Assembly (NCBI RefSeq): GCF_004010195.1
Contig: NC_057720.1
Coordinates: forward strand, 22,133,635 to 22,159,426
From: Chiloscyllium plagiosum
Taxonomy: Eukaryota
Direction: 5' to 3'
DNA length: 25,792 bases
The notes under the pieces were generated by a model. That model had not been told where the DNA came from. It saw nothing but the letters and a program-made list of their open reading frames with translations, and searched no databases. The position numbers and the translations under genes are program-made. This document shows, one piece after another, positions 1 to 11,862 of this stretch; the stretch's first letter is position 1, and every line of letters starts with the position of its first letter.

Positions 1-479
1 GTGTACCATGTGCCAATCGTTCGACACAGACTTGCAATTGTTCTTGTTAATCTCAGCTGAATCACTACAGGCATCCGGCTTAGGTTCAGTGCCTCTCCCC
101 GAGGAGAGTGGGAACACCCATGATGAATTATCTCTTGTGTATTGTTTAATAGGTGCTTCAGAGAAGCCTCATTGAGTTTGAAACAACGTTGCTCACTTAC
201 TTCTTCAGCTGTAGTTGCAGCATGACCAAGACTGAATGAAAGGTGAAAAATATCATGCTACTTCCGAGGGAGTGTGATCGAGAATGTCAAAGGACAAATC
301 TTCATCTGCCTGCTCCATCAGCTGACACTGGCTTAAGGTGAAAGCACCAAGGATGCTGAAGAGGCATCGTGCAGTCACTCCGGTTATTCCATCCCTGTGA
401 TCTAATGACATTTTCATTTTGATGAAATGAAATCCTTTCCCAATTCTTAAGGGCACAGTAGGAACATGGATATTGTCAA

Positions 480-652
480 TTACGCAATGAGGCTGAGCAT
501 TTTAGGGAAGGCAGGTACTTGATTAAACTGAAAGTCCACTTATGATTCCTTTTAATGGAAGAAGTAACAGAGAGGTTGCATTTGTAAAGAAGACTCCTAA
601 TGACTTGTGGAACAGGATTGAGGGTTTAAATGGCCTATTCCTGCTCTGATAT
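480..652 (+). mobile_element. Degenerate CR1-type LINE 3' tail
   Basis: GGAACAGGATTGAGGGTTTAAATGGCCTATTCCTGCTC resembles the CR1 3' UTR also seen at 3790-3830. Confidence 0.5.
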
Positions 653-2115
653 TTTGTTGCTCGGCTGAAATCTGATTCTCACAAAAATGACCTGTGCTGG
701 ATGTAGCATAATGCACCTTAGTGACTGCAATAAAACAATTTATCTTCAGATTTAGTTGTATTTTAATACATACTTTTTGACTAGAGCTATATAATATGTA
801 TTATAATTTTGGGTTGGAGTTTTACAGTTGAATGTGGACAGTTTTGTGATGTTCATTTTTAAAAAAGATCAGAAAGTCAATTTGGAACAGTGACTTAAAT
901 ACCTGTGTCTAGTTGAATGCATAGAAAAATAAATCCTTGTAATATCTTTGGATAAAATGTTTGTATTATTGGGCTTATGGCAGGCAAGGTAAATACATTA
1001 AGATAATTAGCATAATATTGACTTAAGAACAGAAATTTCAAAGTCCAGTTCCGACAGACGTAAAGTTAAATTTAAATGGTTTCCTCCCAGCAGTAGATTC
1101 AGGTTCAATTCAGGGAATTGAGAAAAACTCAGCAAAAGTGAGTTTTCCTTTATGTTGCTTTTGACTCAGAAAACATGACTATGAATCTTCAATTGATCGA
1201 ACTGAGAAAGCTTAGGCCAATCACATTCGGAGAGGTATGTGCCAGCAGACTTGGAATGAATAGCAAAATTGTCTCCATACTTCAAGAAAAAGAAACAGGA
1301 AAATGTCAATTAAGATTTAAAAACTTAAGATAGGAGTAAAATTTCCTTGAGGTTGAATTTGTGTCATTTACGATGTCGGGAAACAGATTAAAACTGTCTT
1401 CTCTGTATATAGCTTTGCTTGTTTATTTCTTTTTTGATATTATAAACTGATAGAGATGCAGTTTTGTGTGAATATGCTTCAGGGACTAACCACCATTTTA
1501 ACCAACTGCTAGAAACTAAACATAATGATCCATCAAGCCATCTTTCATTCTGGAATCTGACTTGTCCAGTATTTGTATCAGCTAGGAACTCAATAGTTTT
1601 ATTTGACAAAAAACAAACTCTGATCTTCGACCTCTCCCCCCAATCTCACATGTATGGGCGGGGGGAAGTGCTGAGGCAAGCATTTATTATTAGCTTGTCT
1701 TTCCTTTGTTTCCTTTTAATTTCCCAAAACAAAGGTTCATATATCCTCATAAGGCTGATATAAGAAGGCCAATTACACAATCCAGGGTCTGCCATACAGA
1801 GAGCTAATACATCAGACTCTGGCTACCATGGTGATATTTCTACACCAATAAGCAAATACATTTATAGTTTTCTTTTTAGTATGTACTATAAATAAAATTT
1901 ATGTATAGTTTCAAGACATTTCTGATTTTTCTTTGTCATATACAGTTTTCAAACTTCACTGCAATACAGTTATAAGGAAATAATTGGATAGAAAATATAG
2001 CCTGGAAATTATTGTTGGATTCACAATGAATATCTGCAATTATTAACTTTCTTTATATCATTCCGTAAAACCTATCACAATGATTTAGCTCTTGTTTATA
2101 ATGCATTAACACAGT

Positions 2116-2408
2116 GGCAGCATGGTGGCTCAGTGGTTAGCACTGTCGCCTCATAGTGCTGGAGACCCAGGTTCAACTCCAACCTTCAGGTGACTGTGTG
2201 GGTTTCCTTTGACAGTCCAAAAATGTACAAGTTAGGTGGGTTGGCTGTGCTAAATTAACTCATAGTGTCCAGGGCTATGCAGGCAAGTGGATTAGCCATG
2301 GGAAATGCAGGGCAACAGGGATAGAGTAAGGTGTGGTTCTGGGTGGAATGCTAATTAGAGGGGGCAGTATGGGAAAACTGGCCTGCTTTCATGCTGTAGG
2401 GATTCTAT
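2116..2408 (+). mobile_element. HE1-type tRNA-derived SINE (older copy, internally deleted)
   Basis: A box TGGCTCAGTGG and B box GGTTCAACTCC; body similar to the copy at 4307; LINE-like tail GGCCTGCTTTCATGCTGTAGGGATTCTAT. Confidence 0.85.
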
Positions 2409-3074
2409 AACATTTCTTTATGTCACTCAGTATTAAATTTTATCTAATAACTTTACTGCATTAAAGGCACTACATAAATGTACTGCTGAACGTACACAAG
2501 GGTGCATTCTTATTGGCTTGTTACTGCTGAATTACTAATGGGATGAGATGGCTTTTATAGCATTGAAGGTATTCCTTAGGTTTGCTGAACTAATTATTGC
2601 AGACATAATTTAACTGAAATTTGCTTCACATCAATCTGAGTCTGCACCTGAATTATACTTGGCCTGAATGTAAAGACAAATGATCTGCTCATTTGCTTAA
2701 CTGCAGCCTACAGAATTTTGTCTTTCATGGGTATTGGTTTAAGTTCTTCAGTTGCTTTACAAATACCTGAGCACCTCGATTGATGGTATATTTCCTCCTT
2801 ATTGCAAATCAGCAGAGTGTTTATTCACAATTAATGGAGGGGAGAAGGGGGTGTGCCTTGAACTCATCTTATTTTTCCAACCATTTTCTGCGTCAGTGTA
2901 CTTGCAGTTAAGTAAACTATTTATTACAAAAATACATTGCAGTCACTGATATTGTAGACTTTAAAAACTGTTGTTCCTAGACTGTCAGTAATATACAGTG
3001 CCATGATAGCAAGGAAGGAGCTGATATAATCTCAGCTGGCACGTAAAATTAACTCAGTCAAAAGATGACATTTG

Positions 3075-3212
3075 CTGATTATTTAAATGGAAACGGTGTG
3101 TAGAATTATAGGCAAAGGGTGGGTGAATGGTACTAAGCCATGATGCCCATTCAGAGAGCCAGTATAGACACGATGGATTGAATGGCCTCCTTCTGTAATG
3201 TAACAAATCTGT
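3075..3212 (+). mobile_element. CR1-type LINE 3' tail fragment
   Basis: GACACGATGGATTGAATGGCCTCCTTCTGTAATGTAA matches the 3' stem-loop motif of the CR1 copy ending at 15238. Confidence 0.6.
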
Positions 3213-3684
3213 TATACTGTGGGGTGCAGGATTTATGTTCCAGATATAACTATGCAGGAAAGACTGGACACCAGTGGTCCAGGAGCAGATGAGAAAGGAG
3301 TTGTATCGTGTCATCAGTCAGGACTTCTCAAGGTGTGGTGAATATTGAAGATGGATTTCAGGGGGGGGAGGTGGGGTGAATAGAAGGATCACAATGTTTT
3401 GTGTATGAATGAGAGAGAATCTCCATGAGCTACAGATGCTCTAGGAAGAAACATGGGACCTTAAATAAGGGGCCATGGTATTCTTTATTATATTGGTGCG
3501 CATGGCTTTCCTTCTGCAGGCCCAGAAAATCTTTCATTTACCCTCCTGACTTGAATGGTATTTCTTGATTTCTAGGCTGTTTGTTGCATTTTGCCAGCAA
3601 TCAACAATAAGAGAAAAGATGGATCGATGGATTTTGAGGATCATTTTACCAATGAGAAAATCAACCCTTGCAAATCCCTAAGGC

Positions 3685-3855
3685 AGGAATAGATGTATTC
3701 TTGATCAGTAGGCGAATAGAGGGTTATGGGAAAAGGGCAGGAAAGTGGATGTGAGGAATATTGGATCAGCCATGATCCTATTGAATGGTGGAGCAGGCTT
3801 GAGGAACCGAATGGCCAACTCCATTTCCTATTTTTATAGTCCTATGATTTTATGG
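3685..3855 (+). mobile_element. CR1-type LINE 3' tail fragment
   Basis: GATCAGCCATGATCCTATTGAATGGTGGAGCAGGCTTGAGG...AATGGCC followed by a CTATG-like tail; reverse-complement match to 23790-23850. Confidence 0.75.
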
Positions 3856-4149
3856 TAATCAGAAGGAAAATCAAACACCTTGTAAATTGGGTGCATACCC
3901 AAATTCCTGATTCTAAAGAGAAGAAAATCAAACCTTAAGAATGACTCAGAACACACCTTAAACTAAACCAACCTGAACCAACTGTTAACGTACAAAAATT
4001 TGAAAAATTGGTAGGGATAGAAACTGAGAAGGTATAAATTCATCCTGCATGACAGCACAAAGCAGGTGGTACCTCTTATACCCAGTATATGATATTTAAC
4101 TCTCTTGACTGCAATGGAATTGAATAACATGTACTGCATATGTATTTTT

Positions 4150-4255
4150 AGTCAATCTCTTCATAGGCCTTATAACACACCTTGGGAACAGATGAGATTT
4201 GAACTCAAGTCTTTCAGCTCAACATTAGGAGCATTACCACCACACTACAATAGTA
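4150..4255 (-). mobile_element. Short tRNA-derived SINE (second family), degenerate
   Basis: Reverse complement has tRNA-like A/B boxes; similar to 4640-4731 and 11645-11862. Confidence 0.55.
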
Positions 4256-4306
4256 TTCTCAGGTACTGCACAGATATTTTCTAATTAATCTGTTCAGTTT
4301 AATTAT

Positions 4307-4639
4307 GGGCGGCACAGAGGCACAGTGGTTAGCACTGCTGCCTCACAGCGCCAGAGACCTGGGTTCAATTCCCACCTCAGGCGACTGACTGTGTGGAATT
4401 TGCACATTCTCCCCGTGTCTGCGTGGGTTTCCTCCGGGTGCTCTGGTTTCCTCCTACAGTCCAAAAACGTGCAGGTTAGGTGATTTGGCCACACTAAATT
4501 GCCCATTGTGTTAGGTGAAGGGGTAAATGTAGGGGAATGGGTCTGGGTGGGTTGCGCTTCGGTGGGTCGGTGTGGACTTGTTGGGCCGAAGGGCCTGTTT
4601 CCACACTGTAAGTAATCTAATCAGTAAGTAATCTAATCA
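4307..4639 (+). mobile_element. HE1-type tRNA-derived SINE, near full length
   Basis: GGGCGGCAC...CAGTGGTTAGCACTGCTGCCTCACAGCGCCAGAGACCTGGGTTCAATTCCC head; central GTGTGGAATTTGCACATTCTCCCCGTGTCTGCGTGGGTTTCC; HER1-like tail GGGCCGAAGGGCCTGTTTCC; terminal 16-bp tandem duplication. Confidence 0.95.
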
Positions 4640-4731
4640 GATGTTTCAGCACATCTCTGGAGCAGATGAGACTTGAACTTGGGCCTCCTACCTCAGTAAT
4701 ATGGACACTATCAACTAAGCCATAAGAACCC
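4640..4731 (-). mobile_element. Short tRNA-derived SINE (second family), interrupted by the HE1 copy
   Basis: Minus strand reads TGGCTTAGTTGATAGTGTCC (A box) and AGTTCAAGTCTC (B box); remainder TTAATCTGTTCAG lies left of HE1 at ~4285-4297. Confidence 0.65.
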
Positions 4732-6460
4732 ACTCAGGTGTTGCATATAACAGGCAGCCAAACCAAAAGCATCTGCTTTGCACCACTGCCCAAGACAACT
4801 TTGTTTTACTCCCAAGTGTTTTCAGGATAAATACAGGGAGAATATTCAGTTGCTATAGGAATCCAGGATGGGAAGGTATCCAGCTCTCTAGATTTGACAA
4901 TGGGATGTAAAATTAGATAGTTATTGTGTAACTTGCTTGATTTAACTTTTCAAGACAGGCTCATTTTTGGCAGAAGCTTCACTAAAATCATTACGAGATG
5001 TTGGATACAATCCATCCTATAACAGACTGTTTGTAGTCAATGGAAGGATGTGTTTGGCAACAGTATCTCTGCATTTCACTTCTTGAATTATATTTTTAGG
5101 GGAATGATTATAGACACTGAAAATGTAGTTCCTAAATTAATTTGACACAGGTTGAACTGGTCTCTGTCAGATACAACTACTATCAATGAAAAGTGAAAGT
5201 TTCTAGGGAGCAGTGGAGGTGAGAAATGTTGGCCCATCTGGTGTTACACATGGAAAAGCCTTTTGGATTCGGTGCTGGATAGCATCTGTGCAAAGGTCAA
5301 TGCTGTCAATTTAATTCCTACTGAATTTCCTCTGCAGACTCCGACTCCTCAGTGTGGCGCGGTTCCACAATTTCTGGTTGCCTTCTGACTCACATGTGAG
5401 CCCTGATGCTCAGTCTTCAGTGGATCTTCTGATCCATGTGAACATTACACCTGATGCCATCTCGAGTTGACGCTCACATTCCAACTTACTGCAACGCACA
5501 AGCTCGCAACAGGTAGAAATAAAAAGCAGCAAGTTCAGAAACCATTTACGGTTTAAGGATTTGTTTTTGGAAAGATTGTGATTACATGTACTTTCTGGAA
5601 AAGTTCGATTCTCTTCCCATGGAAGTATAATATCACATTGCTGCTTTGACGCAGAGGTAAATCTTGAAAATAAAAACAGTTGTATTATGCATGTAGATTT
5701 TTGGAGTATTTAGATTTACCCCCCTCTGTTGTGGATAAAACAAGAGCTTCCGTAAGCACTACCAACAGGTTTCCTGTTTGATTCAATACATTTGTGTTGT
5801 TAAAACCACGTGAGCTTGCATTCAAAGTCTAAGAGAGCAGCAGGTCTATTTTGTAAAGAACATGCATCACAGCACTAGAGATAGAAAGTATCTGAGCCAT
5901 TGCTTGAAGGCTTTTTTCAAAAAGCTTATTAGATTTTTTTTGTGGTGTACTGCACAGTTCATTTTTTTTTTACCATTTGTGTGATGCCCAGGCCCCACAG
6001 ACACAGCTGTAGTGATGCATTTGCATAATGGATGTTTTGAAACATGTTTATAGTTCAAATTGAATTTTCTGAAGATACTTCTATTAAGTAGATTTTGAAT
6101 GCTTTAGGAGTCTTTCTTTTTTGAAGTGCTCAGCATTTCCATTCTGTAGTCTATTACTTAACTCAGGAAGCATGCAATCACTGCTGAGGGAAGACACACT
6201 GAACTAAGATGGCAGAAGCAATTAAAGGCACGATGAGCCTTGTGGAAGAAGAGGACGTTCACGTTGCACTGTAATTTTTATCATGCTCCCAGCAAAAAAA
6301 AATCTGTGCCAGTAAGGGTAAAATTCATTTGGCTCATGCTATTTAAGTCCTGTCATGGCTTATTACAACAAGGACATTAAAGCAGCAGACACTGTGCTAT
6401 GTAGACTGATCAGCCAGGGATAGGATTATTCCACTTCTGAGCAGAGGCCTCACGTACAGG

Positions 6461-6563
6461 ATTCTGGATCAGTGGTGCTGGAAGAGCACCGCAGTTCAGG
6501 CAGCATCCGAGGACAGGCAAAATCCGAGGACAGGCAAAATCGACGTTTCGGGCAAAAGCCCTT
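6461..6563 (-). mobile_element. Short PLE-derived insert with truncated hammerhead motif and 14-bp TSD
   Basis: GCCTCACGTACAGG at 6447-6460 and 6564-6577; insert closely matches the reverse complement of 17176-17264. Confidence 0.85.
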
Positions 6564-6639
6564 GCCTCACGTACAGGCCCGTTTGATTAAAAGCAAAGAA
6601 ACATGAGATTTACCAGAAAGCATTCTTTCAAAAAAAATT

Positions 6640-6963
6640 ATGAAAACTTTTGACAGTATAAGTAGACTGTCTCTGCTGTTTGGGTATTCAGTGAGAAAGC
6701 AATGTGAGTAACTGGGACTAATTACTTGACACAGAACGTGATGCAATGGAAGACTGTGGAATGCTTTGTCATAGGGAAAGGTTGAGGCAGAGACTGATGT
6801 ATCTTTGAAAGTAAATAAATATGAGAAACAGAGGAAGATATGGGGCTATAGGGAGTGGACCGGAGAATCAATTTAGTTTTAGATTGCTCCAGTGAAGATT
6901 GGGGAACAGATACAATGTGCTAAATGGCCCCCTTATGTGCTGTAAACCTCTCCTATTCTATGG
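6640..6963 (+). mobile_element. Degenerate CR1-type LINE 3' end
   Basis: TGTGGAATGCTTTG...GGTTGAGGCAG...AAATGGCCCCCTTATGTGCTGTAA...ATTCTATG. Confidence 0.65.
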
Positions 6964-7639
6964 TAGATGTAAAACTGTAAATTAGTTTTTTTTATATGGA
7001 AGAATAGAATGTTTTTCATTTTGCAGCAAGGTACATTTAAGACATCACTAAACTGAAGGTATAGTGAATTCACACTGGCGTTATGGTGTGAACTGACACA
7101 GTGTTTCATCTCCCTTCAATTCAGAGGCAAGCGTGTGCTGATTAGTGATTCAAGAGTTCACTTACGGCATCAGGATGTGAGAGCAGAATTATACATGGAG
7201 CCTCCCCATGTCTCTTAACTTCTCAAAATAGTATAGAGTTGAGTTGTTACTGATCAGAGGTAAGACCATAAGATAATTTTCTGTAATACCAAACAAATGT
7301 AATACCTCATACTTACCTAAGTTTAATTTGCCATTGTATGGCCATTCTATAAGTTTTGTCATTTTTCCTAGTAATTTGTTGCAGTGCTAATTTGGTGTTG
7401 TTCTCAATTATAGAAATTGTGTTATAAATTTCAAAATCTGTATAGTTGTTGCAAATGTGAACAGTGGATACCAAGTTTCCATCTTATCAAATTCTGAATA
7501 GTTGCCTTAATATTCTACCCTCTGTTATCTTACAGCTTGCTAGCTGTCCATTCTACTACTTAGATACATTACAATAAACACATTACTCTTATCTTCTCTC
7601 TCTCTTATTTCTTCAAACAATCCAAGCAGGTACATACCT

Positions 7640-7925
7640 TTTGAAATCAGTGCCAATTATTTATTATCATAAATTTAGCTTCTAGTTGTCTTTTCTATTT
7701 TCTCCTTTATTAGAAATTCTATTATGTTCCTGACACCAACAATGAGCTGTTGGGTCTATTGTTTTCTGGACCTTTTCAAAACAGTATCAGTGTAAAGTTA
7801 GCCATCTGTCAATCTTCTAGTCCACTTTTATGATGAATGATTAAATGTGCACATGCATAGTTTTGTCATCCTTTCCCCATATCCTTCTTAAATATGCACA
7901 AGTAATTAATCTGGACCAGGGGTGC
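7640..7925 (-). mobile_element. Highly decayed CR1-type RT fragment
   Basis: Weak similarity to 25190-25330 (GAGCTGTTGGGTCTATTGTTTTCTGG, TCTGGACCAGGGG). Confidence 0.35.
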
Positions 7926-7958
7926 TGTTGTTATTGAGTGTCAGGATTTTTGTGCCTT

Positions 7959-8899
7959 AGAACAATACAGCATGGAACAGGCCCTTCAGCCCTCGATGTT
8001 GCGCCAGCCTGTGTATTAATCTAAGCCCATCTCCCTACACTATCCCATCATCATCCATATGCTTATCCAAGGACTGTTTAAATGCCCCTAATGTGGCTGA
8101 ATTAACTACATTGGCAGGCAGAGCATTCCACCCTCTTACCACCCTCTGAGTAAAGAACCTGCCTCTAACATCTGTGTTAAATCTATTACTCCTCAATTTG
8201 CAGCAATGCCCTCTCATACAAGCCGACGTCATCATCCTAGGAAAAAAGCTCTCACTGTCTACCCTATCTAATCCTCTGATCCCTTTGTATGTCTTTATTA
8301 AATTCCCTCTTAACTTTCTTATCTCCAATGAGAACAAACCCAAGTCCCTCAGCCTTTCCTCATAAGACCTTCCCTCCAGACCAGGCAACATCCTGGTAAA
8401 TCTCCTCTGCACCTTTTCCAATGCTTCCACATCCTTCCTGAAATATGGCGACCAGAACTATAAACAATACTTCCAAATGAGGCCGTACTAGCATTTTGTA
8501 TAGTTGCAGCAAGACATCACGGCTCCAGAACTCAATCCCTCTACCAATAAATCCAACACACCGTATGCCTTCTTAACAGCACTATCAACCAGGGCAGCTA
8601 CTTTCAGGGATCTATGTACATGGACACCAAAGTCTCTCTGCACATCCACACTACCAAGAATCTTTCCATTGACCCAGTATTCTGCTTTCCTGTTATTCTT
8701 ACCAAAGTTAATCACCCCACATTTATCTGCATTGAACTCCATTTGCCACCTCTCAGCTCAATTCTGCAGTTTATCCAAGTCCTCCTGCAACCTGCAACAT
8801 ACTTCCATACTGTCCACTACTCCACCAACTTTAGTGTCATCTGCAAACTTGCTAACCACCCACCTATGCCGGCATCCAAGTCATTTATAAAAATGACAA
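7959..8899 (-). mobile_element. 5'-truncated HER1/CR1 LINE (RT C-terminus and 3' UTR)
   Basis: ORFs 8488-8742 (MEFNADKC...VQRDFGVHVHRSLK) and 8035-8430 (LEKVQRRFTRMLPGL...FFTQRVV..WNALP) are CR1 ORF2 motifs with frameshifts; GTGCCTT duplicated at 7952-7958 and 8900-8906. Confidence 0.95.
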
Positions 8900-8906
8900 G
8901 TGCCTT

Positions 8907-9225
8907 GGAGGGGTATTTTCAGGTGGTGATTCCAATGTATTTGCTGCCCTTGTCCTTCTAGATGGAAGTAGCTGTGCATTTAGAAGGTGTTATTCTAAGG
9001 ATCTTTGGTGAATTCTTGCAGTACATCTTGTAGATGGTACACACTGCTGCTCCTGAGCATCAGTGGTGAGAAAGTGAATGCTTGTGGAAGTAGTGATATC
9101 AAGTAGGCTGCTTTTCCTTTAAATGGTGTCAAACTTCTTGTGATATTGGAGCTGCACTCATCCAGGTAAGTGAGGAGGATTGCATCACACTCCTGAACTG
9201 TGTCTTGCAGATGGTAGGCAGGCCT
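8907..9225 (-). mobile_element. Fragment of second LINE family (3' part of ORF2)
   Basis: Reverse complement aligns by eye with 23030-23320 and 13305-13410. Confidence 0.75.
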
Positions 9226-9788
9226 GATAGAATTTCTTTCAGCACCTCTACTATGATGTGAACCCTCTCAATGTTTCAAACTAGCAATGACCAGAGAAGT
9301 GATAAAAATTGTTCATAAAAATACGAATAATCTCTTTCAGCTTTTGGTTGCATTGATTGCACTTCACCCAGCCTATGACAGGGTTGCACTGTAAACTAGA
9401 ATAAGATTTATAGGCCTTAAAAATGTTGTCATATTTGGCAGTTTGTTCTTTCTATTCCCTCTCAAATGAGTATGGTGTCACTAATGCTGCTGGCTTCACA
9501 TGGCAGTAAACAAATCTGGTCCTTATCTGTGAGAGAGGCAATCCACTACCTGCTTCAATACCAATGCCAATTGATCCAACATATGATCTGGTCAGGGTTT
9601 GCCACCAGGTCTAAGGGACCAGGTGAAAGCAAGACTTTTCAATCATCAAGTGTAACTATCATTTGCTCCAGTAATGGTGTGGTGTGCTGTTCTGATCACT
9701 CAATTGGTGTAGTTTTTAAGTTATGGTCAGGCAGTAGAAGTCATTTTATTTTCTCACATTTAGGCAGCATTGGATGCAGTTTTCACCT

Positions 9789-10470
9789 TTGATTTGATTT
9801 GATTTATTATTGTCACATGTACCTAAGTACAGGAAAAGTTTTGTTTGGCGTGCAGCACAGGCAGATCATACCATATAAGGATCATAGGGTGATAGAACAG
9901 AGTGAGGAATACAAAGTTACAGCTGTAAAGAAGGTGCACAAAAAGGAAGATCAACATCAGATTAAAATTTGGGAGGTCAATTCAGAAGTCTAACAGAAGT
10001 GGGGAAGAAGATGTTCTTGAACCTGTTGGTCTGTGTATTTAAGCTTTTGTATCTTCTGCCTGAAGGAAGATGTTGGAAGAGATTATAACCGGGGTGGGAG
10101 AGGTCTTTGATGATGTTGACTGCCTTCTTGTGGCAGTGAGAAGTATAGGTGGCATCAGTGGATGGAAGGTTGGCTTGCGTGATGGACTGGGCTGTGTTTA
10201 CAACTCTCTGAGTTTATTATGGTCTTGGCCAGAGCTTTCTAGGGTGCATCCATAAAAGGTGGTGAGAGTTATTATGGACATGCCAAATTTCCTTAACCTC
10301 CTGAGGAAGAAGAGATGTTATTGTGTCTTCTTGACTGTCACATTAACATGGGTGGTCCAGGACAGATTGTCAGTGATCATCCCTCCCCGGAACTTGACGC
10401 TCTCGACCATCTCCACCTCAGCTCCATTGATGTAGATAGATGCATGCCCTTTGATGATCACCTCTTCAGT
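9789..10470 (-). mobile_element. Rex1/Babar-type LINE 3' fragment
   Basis: ORF 10318-10512 INGAEVEMVESVKF.G..ITDNLSWTTH....KK.Q is a Rex1-like RT C-terminus; minus strand ends in AATAAATCAAATCAAATCAA. Confidence 0.8.
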
Positions 10471-10619
10471 TTTGCAATCATACTTTGCAGTTTGATTGCT
10501 GGACTGGTCCATTAACCTTTTACATCCACTACCATCTGGTGCTGCTGAGTGACCCTTCAGGCTTTCCTCTGGCTCTCACCACTGTTTTTTTCTCTGAGTC
10601 TGGGGACTGGTTGCCACCA

Positions 10620-10833
10620 TGTAGGATTATTGTTATGAGCATGAGATATACATGAACTAAACACAAGGTTGGAGCAAACTTTTAATACTTTGTCTGTGTA
10701 GGGCAGAGCTTCACTAGTATCTTTGTGTACCAGCTCTCAGTCTCATGTGATCTCATGTGGCATCATTATTGCATAGTTCTTTCACTCATGCTTTGTATGT
10801 AGTGTACTGGTATAGTTCAACCTTTCCCCTACA
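10620..10833 (-). mobile_element. Possible LTR (Gypsy-like) with adjacent PBS-like motif
   Basis: Ends TGTAGG...CCTACA; ATTAAA on the minus strand; TGGTGGCA follows the minus-strand 3' end directly. Confidence 0.4.
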
Positions 10834-10879
10834 CCATGTTTGTACAATATTTACCTATTTTGTACAATCCTTCTTAATT

Positions 10880-11285
10880 TTTAAAACTTTGTAGCTCCTC
10901 GCTACTTTCTGAAGTATTTTTGATTTCTCTCCTGGTCTCTTCAGATTCTTTCTTATTATATTCTTCGATGATGTCCATGTACTTAGTATATGTCTCTTAT
11001 TACCAATGATTGCTTATGTCTTCATCATCCATGGTGTCTTACTGGGCTTAATTTGTTATTTCAGCAGAATATGGCTTTCCATACTGTTAGGCACTGGCTT
11101 AAATATTCTCATTGCTATCCAACAATATTGTTTGTTAATATTATTTTATTTTTCAAATGCTATTTTCAGTCTTTCAAAATCTGTTTTCCCCAATCCTTTG
11201 CGGAGACCCTGTTTGTTGCTTGCCACAGAGTTTACATATTCACATCAACAATCTCTCATTAGTGCTTGCTTGCTCTTCTTTGGAT
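10880..11285 (-). mobile_element. Possible highly decayed LINE ORF2 linker region
   Basis: Minus strand is A-rich with broken Lys/Glu-rich frames including KPSKTPWM, reminiscent of the PW motif between LINE endonuclease and RT. Confidence 0.25.
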
Positions 11286-11346
11286 ATACATCTAACTATT
11301 CTTTTGTGAAACCAAAACACACATCTAAATCTGTATTTTTAATTGA

Positions 11347-11403
11347 GTACATTATGACACACCCCCGGGGCAGGGATTTGAACTCCGACTGCCTGGCCCA
11401 GGC
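11347..11403 (-). mobile_element. Partial short tRNA-derived SINE (second family)
   Basis: TTATGACACACCCCGGGGCAGGGATTTGAACTCCGACTGCCTGGCCCAG; minus-strand B box GAGTTCAAATCCC. Confidence 0.55.
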
Positions 11404-11644
11404 GTATACACCAATAGAGATCCTGTACATCCAAGTACTCATTTTGGGAACAAGTAATAAAAGCCAAATTATACCAACAGTCAAAACAAAAGAAGGAAAA
11501 AGACTCTTCAGGATGACAATTGCACATAATCAGGTGATGATAAAGAGAATACTAAAGTTCACTCTTTATGCGCTATTTGTTAAGACACATGTTGGATGCA
11601 TAGTATTTCCAAAGATTGTCAGCCTGCTCCGATATAGTTACTTT

Positions 11645-11862
11645 AATCAGCCTATTTGGACATGCTATGATACACATCAAAGGCATATGGGTCTAAACCT
11701 TGCCCTCTTGCTTCAGAGGTAGGGGCATTATCACTACAACACAAGAGCCCCCCACATATCCAGCTAGTTAACTTCAAATCAACCTGTTCAGAGATGTTAT
11801 TACATACCGTTGGAGCATATGAGCTCACAGTTAGGGACACCACCACTGTACCACAAGAGTCC
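11645..11862 (-). mobile_element. Two tandem short tRNA-derived SINE copies (~11645-11751 and ~11777-11862)
   Basis: Both run AATCA(G/A)CCT...AGGG...CACT...CACAAGAG(C/T)CC; similar to 4640-4731. Confidence 0.65.

Noticed and set aside
1640..1740. GC-box and Sox/TCF-like motifs suggesting an enhancer
   Set aside because: Short motifs are expected by chance, and no conservation data are available.
2116..2185. tRNA-like sequences here and at 4307-4375
   Set aside because: They continue into SINE bodies and tails, so they are SINE heads rather than tRNA genes.
4303..4506. ORF MGNLVWPNH...RRKPEHPEETHADTGR
   Set aside because: Antisense translation of the HE1 SINE.
7124..7266. Plus-strand acceptor/donor pair (TTCAG...GAG|GTAAGA)
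   Set aside because: Stops in all three frames and no other support.
8174..8961. Plus-strand ORFs of 63-128 aa
   Set aside because: Antisense shadows of the CR1 ORF2 fragment.
11006..11722. Longest ORF (238 aa) with a hydrophobic N-terminus
   Set aside because: It runs through SINE remnants, its hydrophobicity reflects a T-rich strand, and no domain is recognisable.
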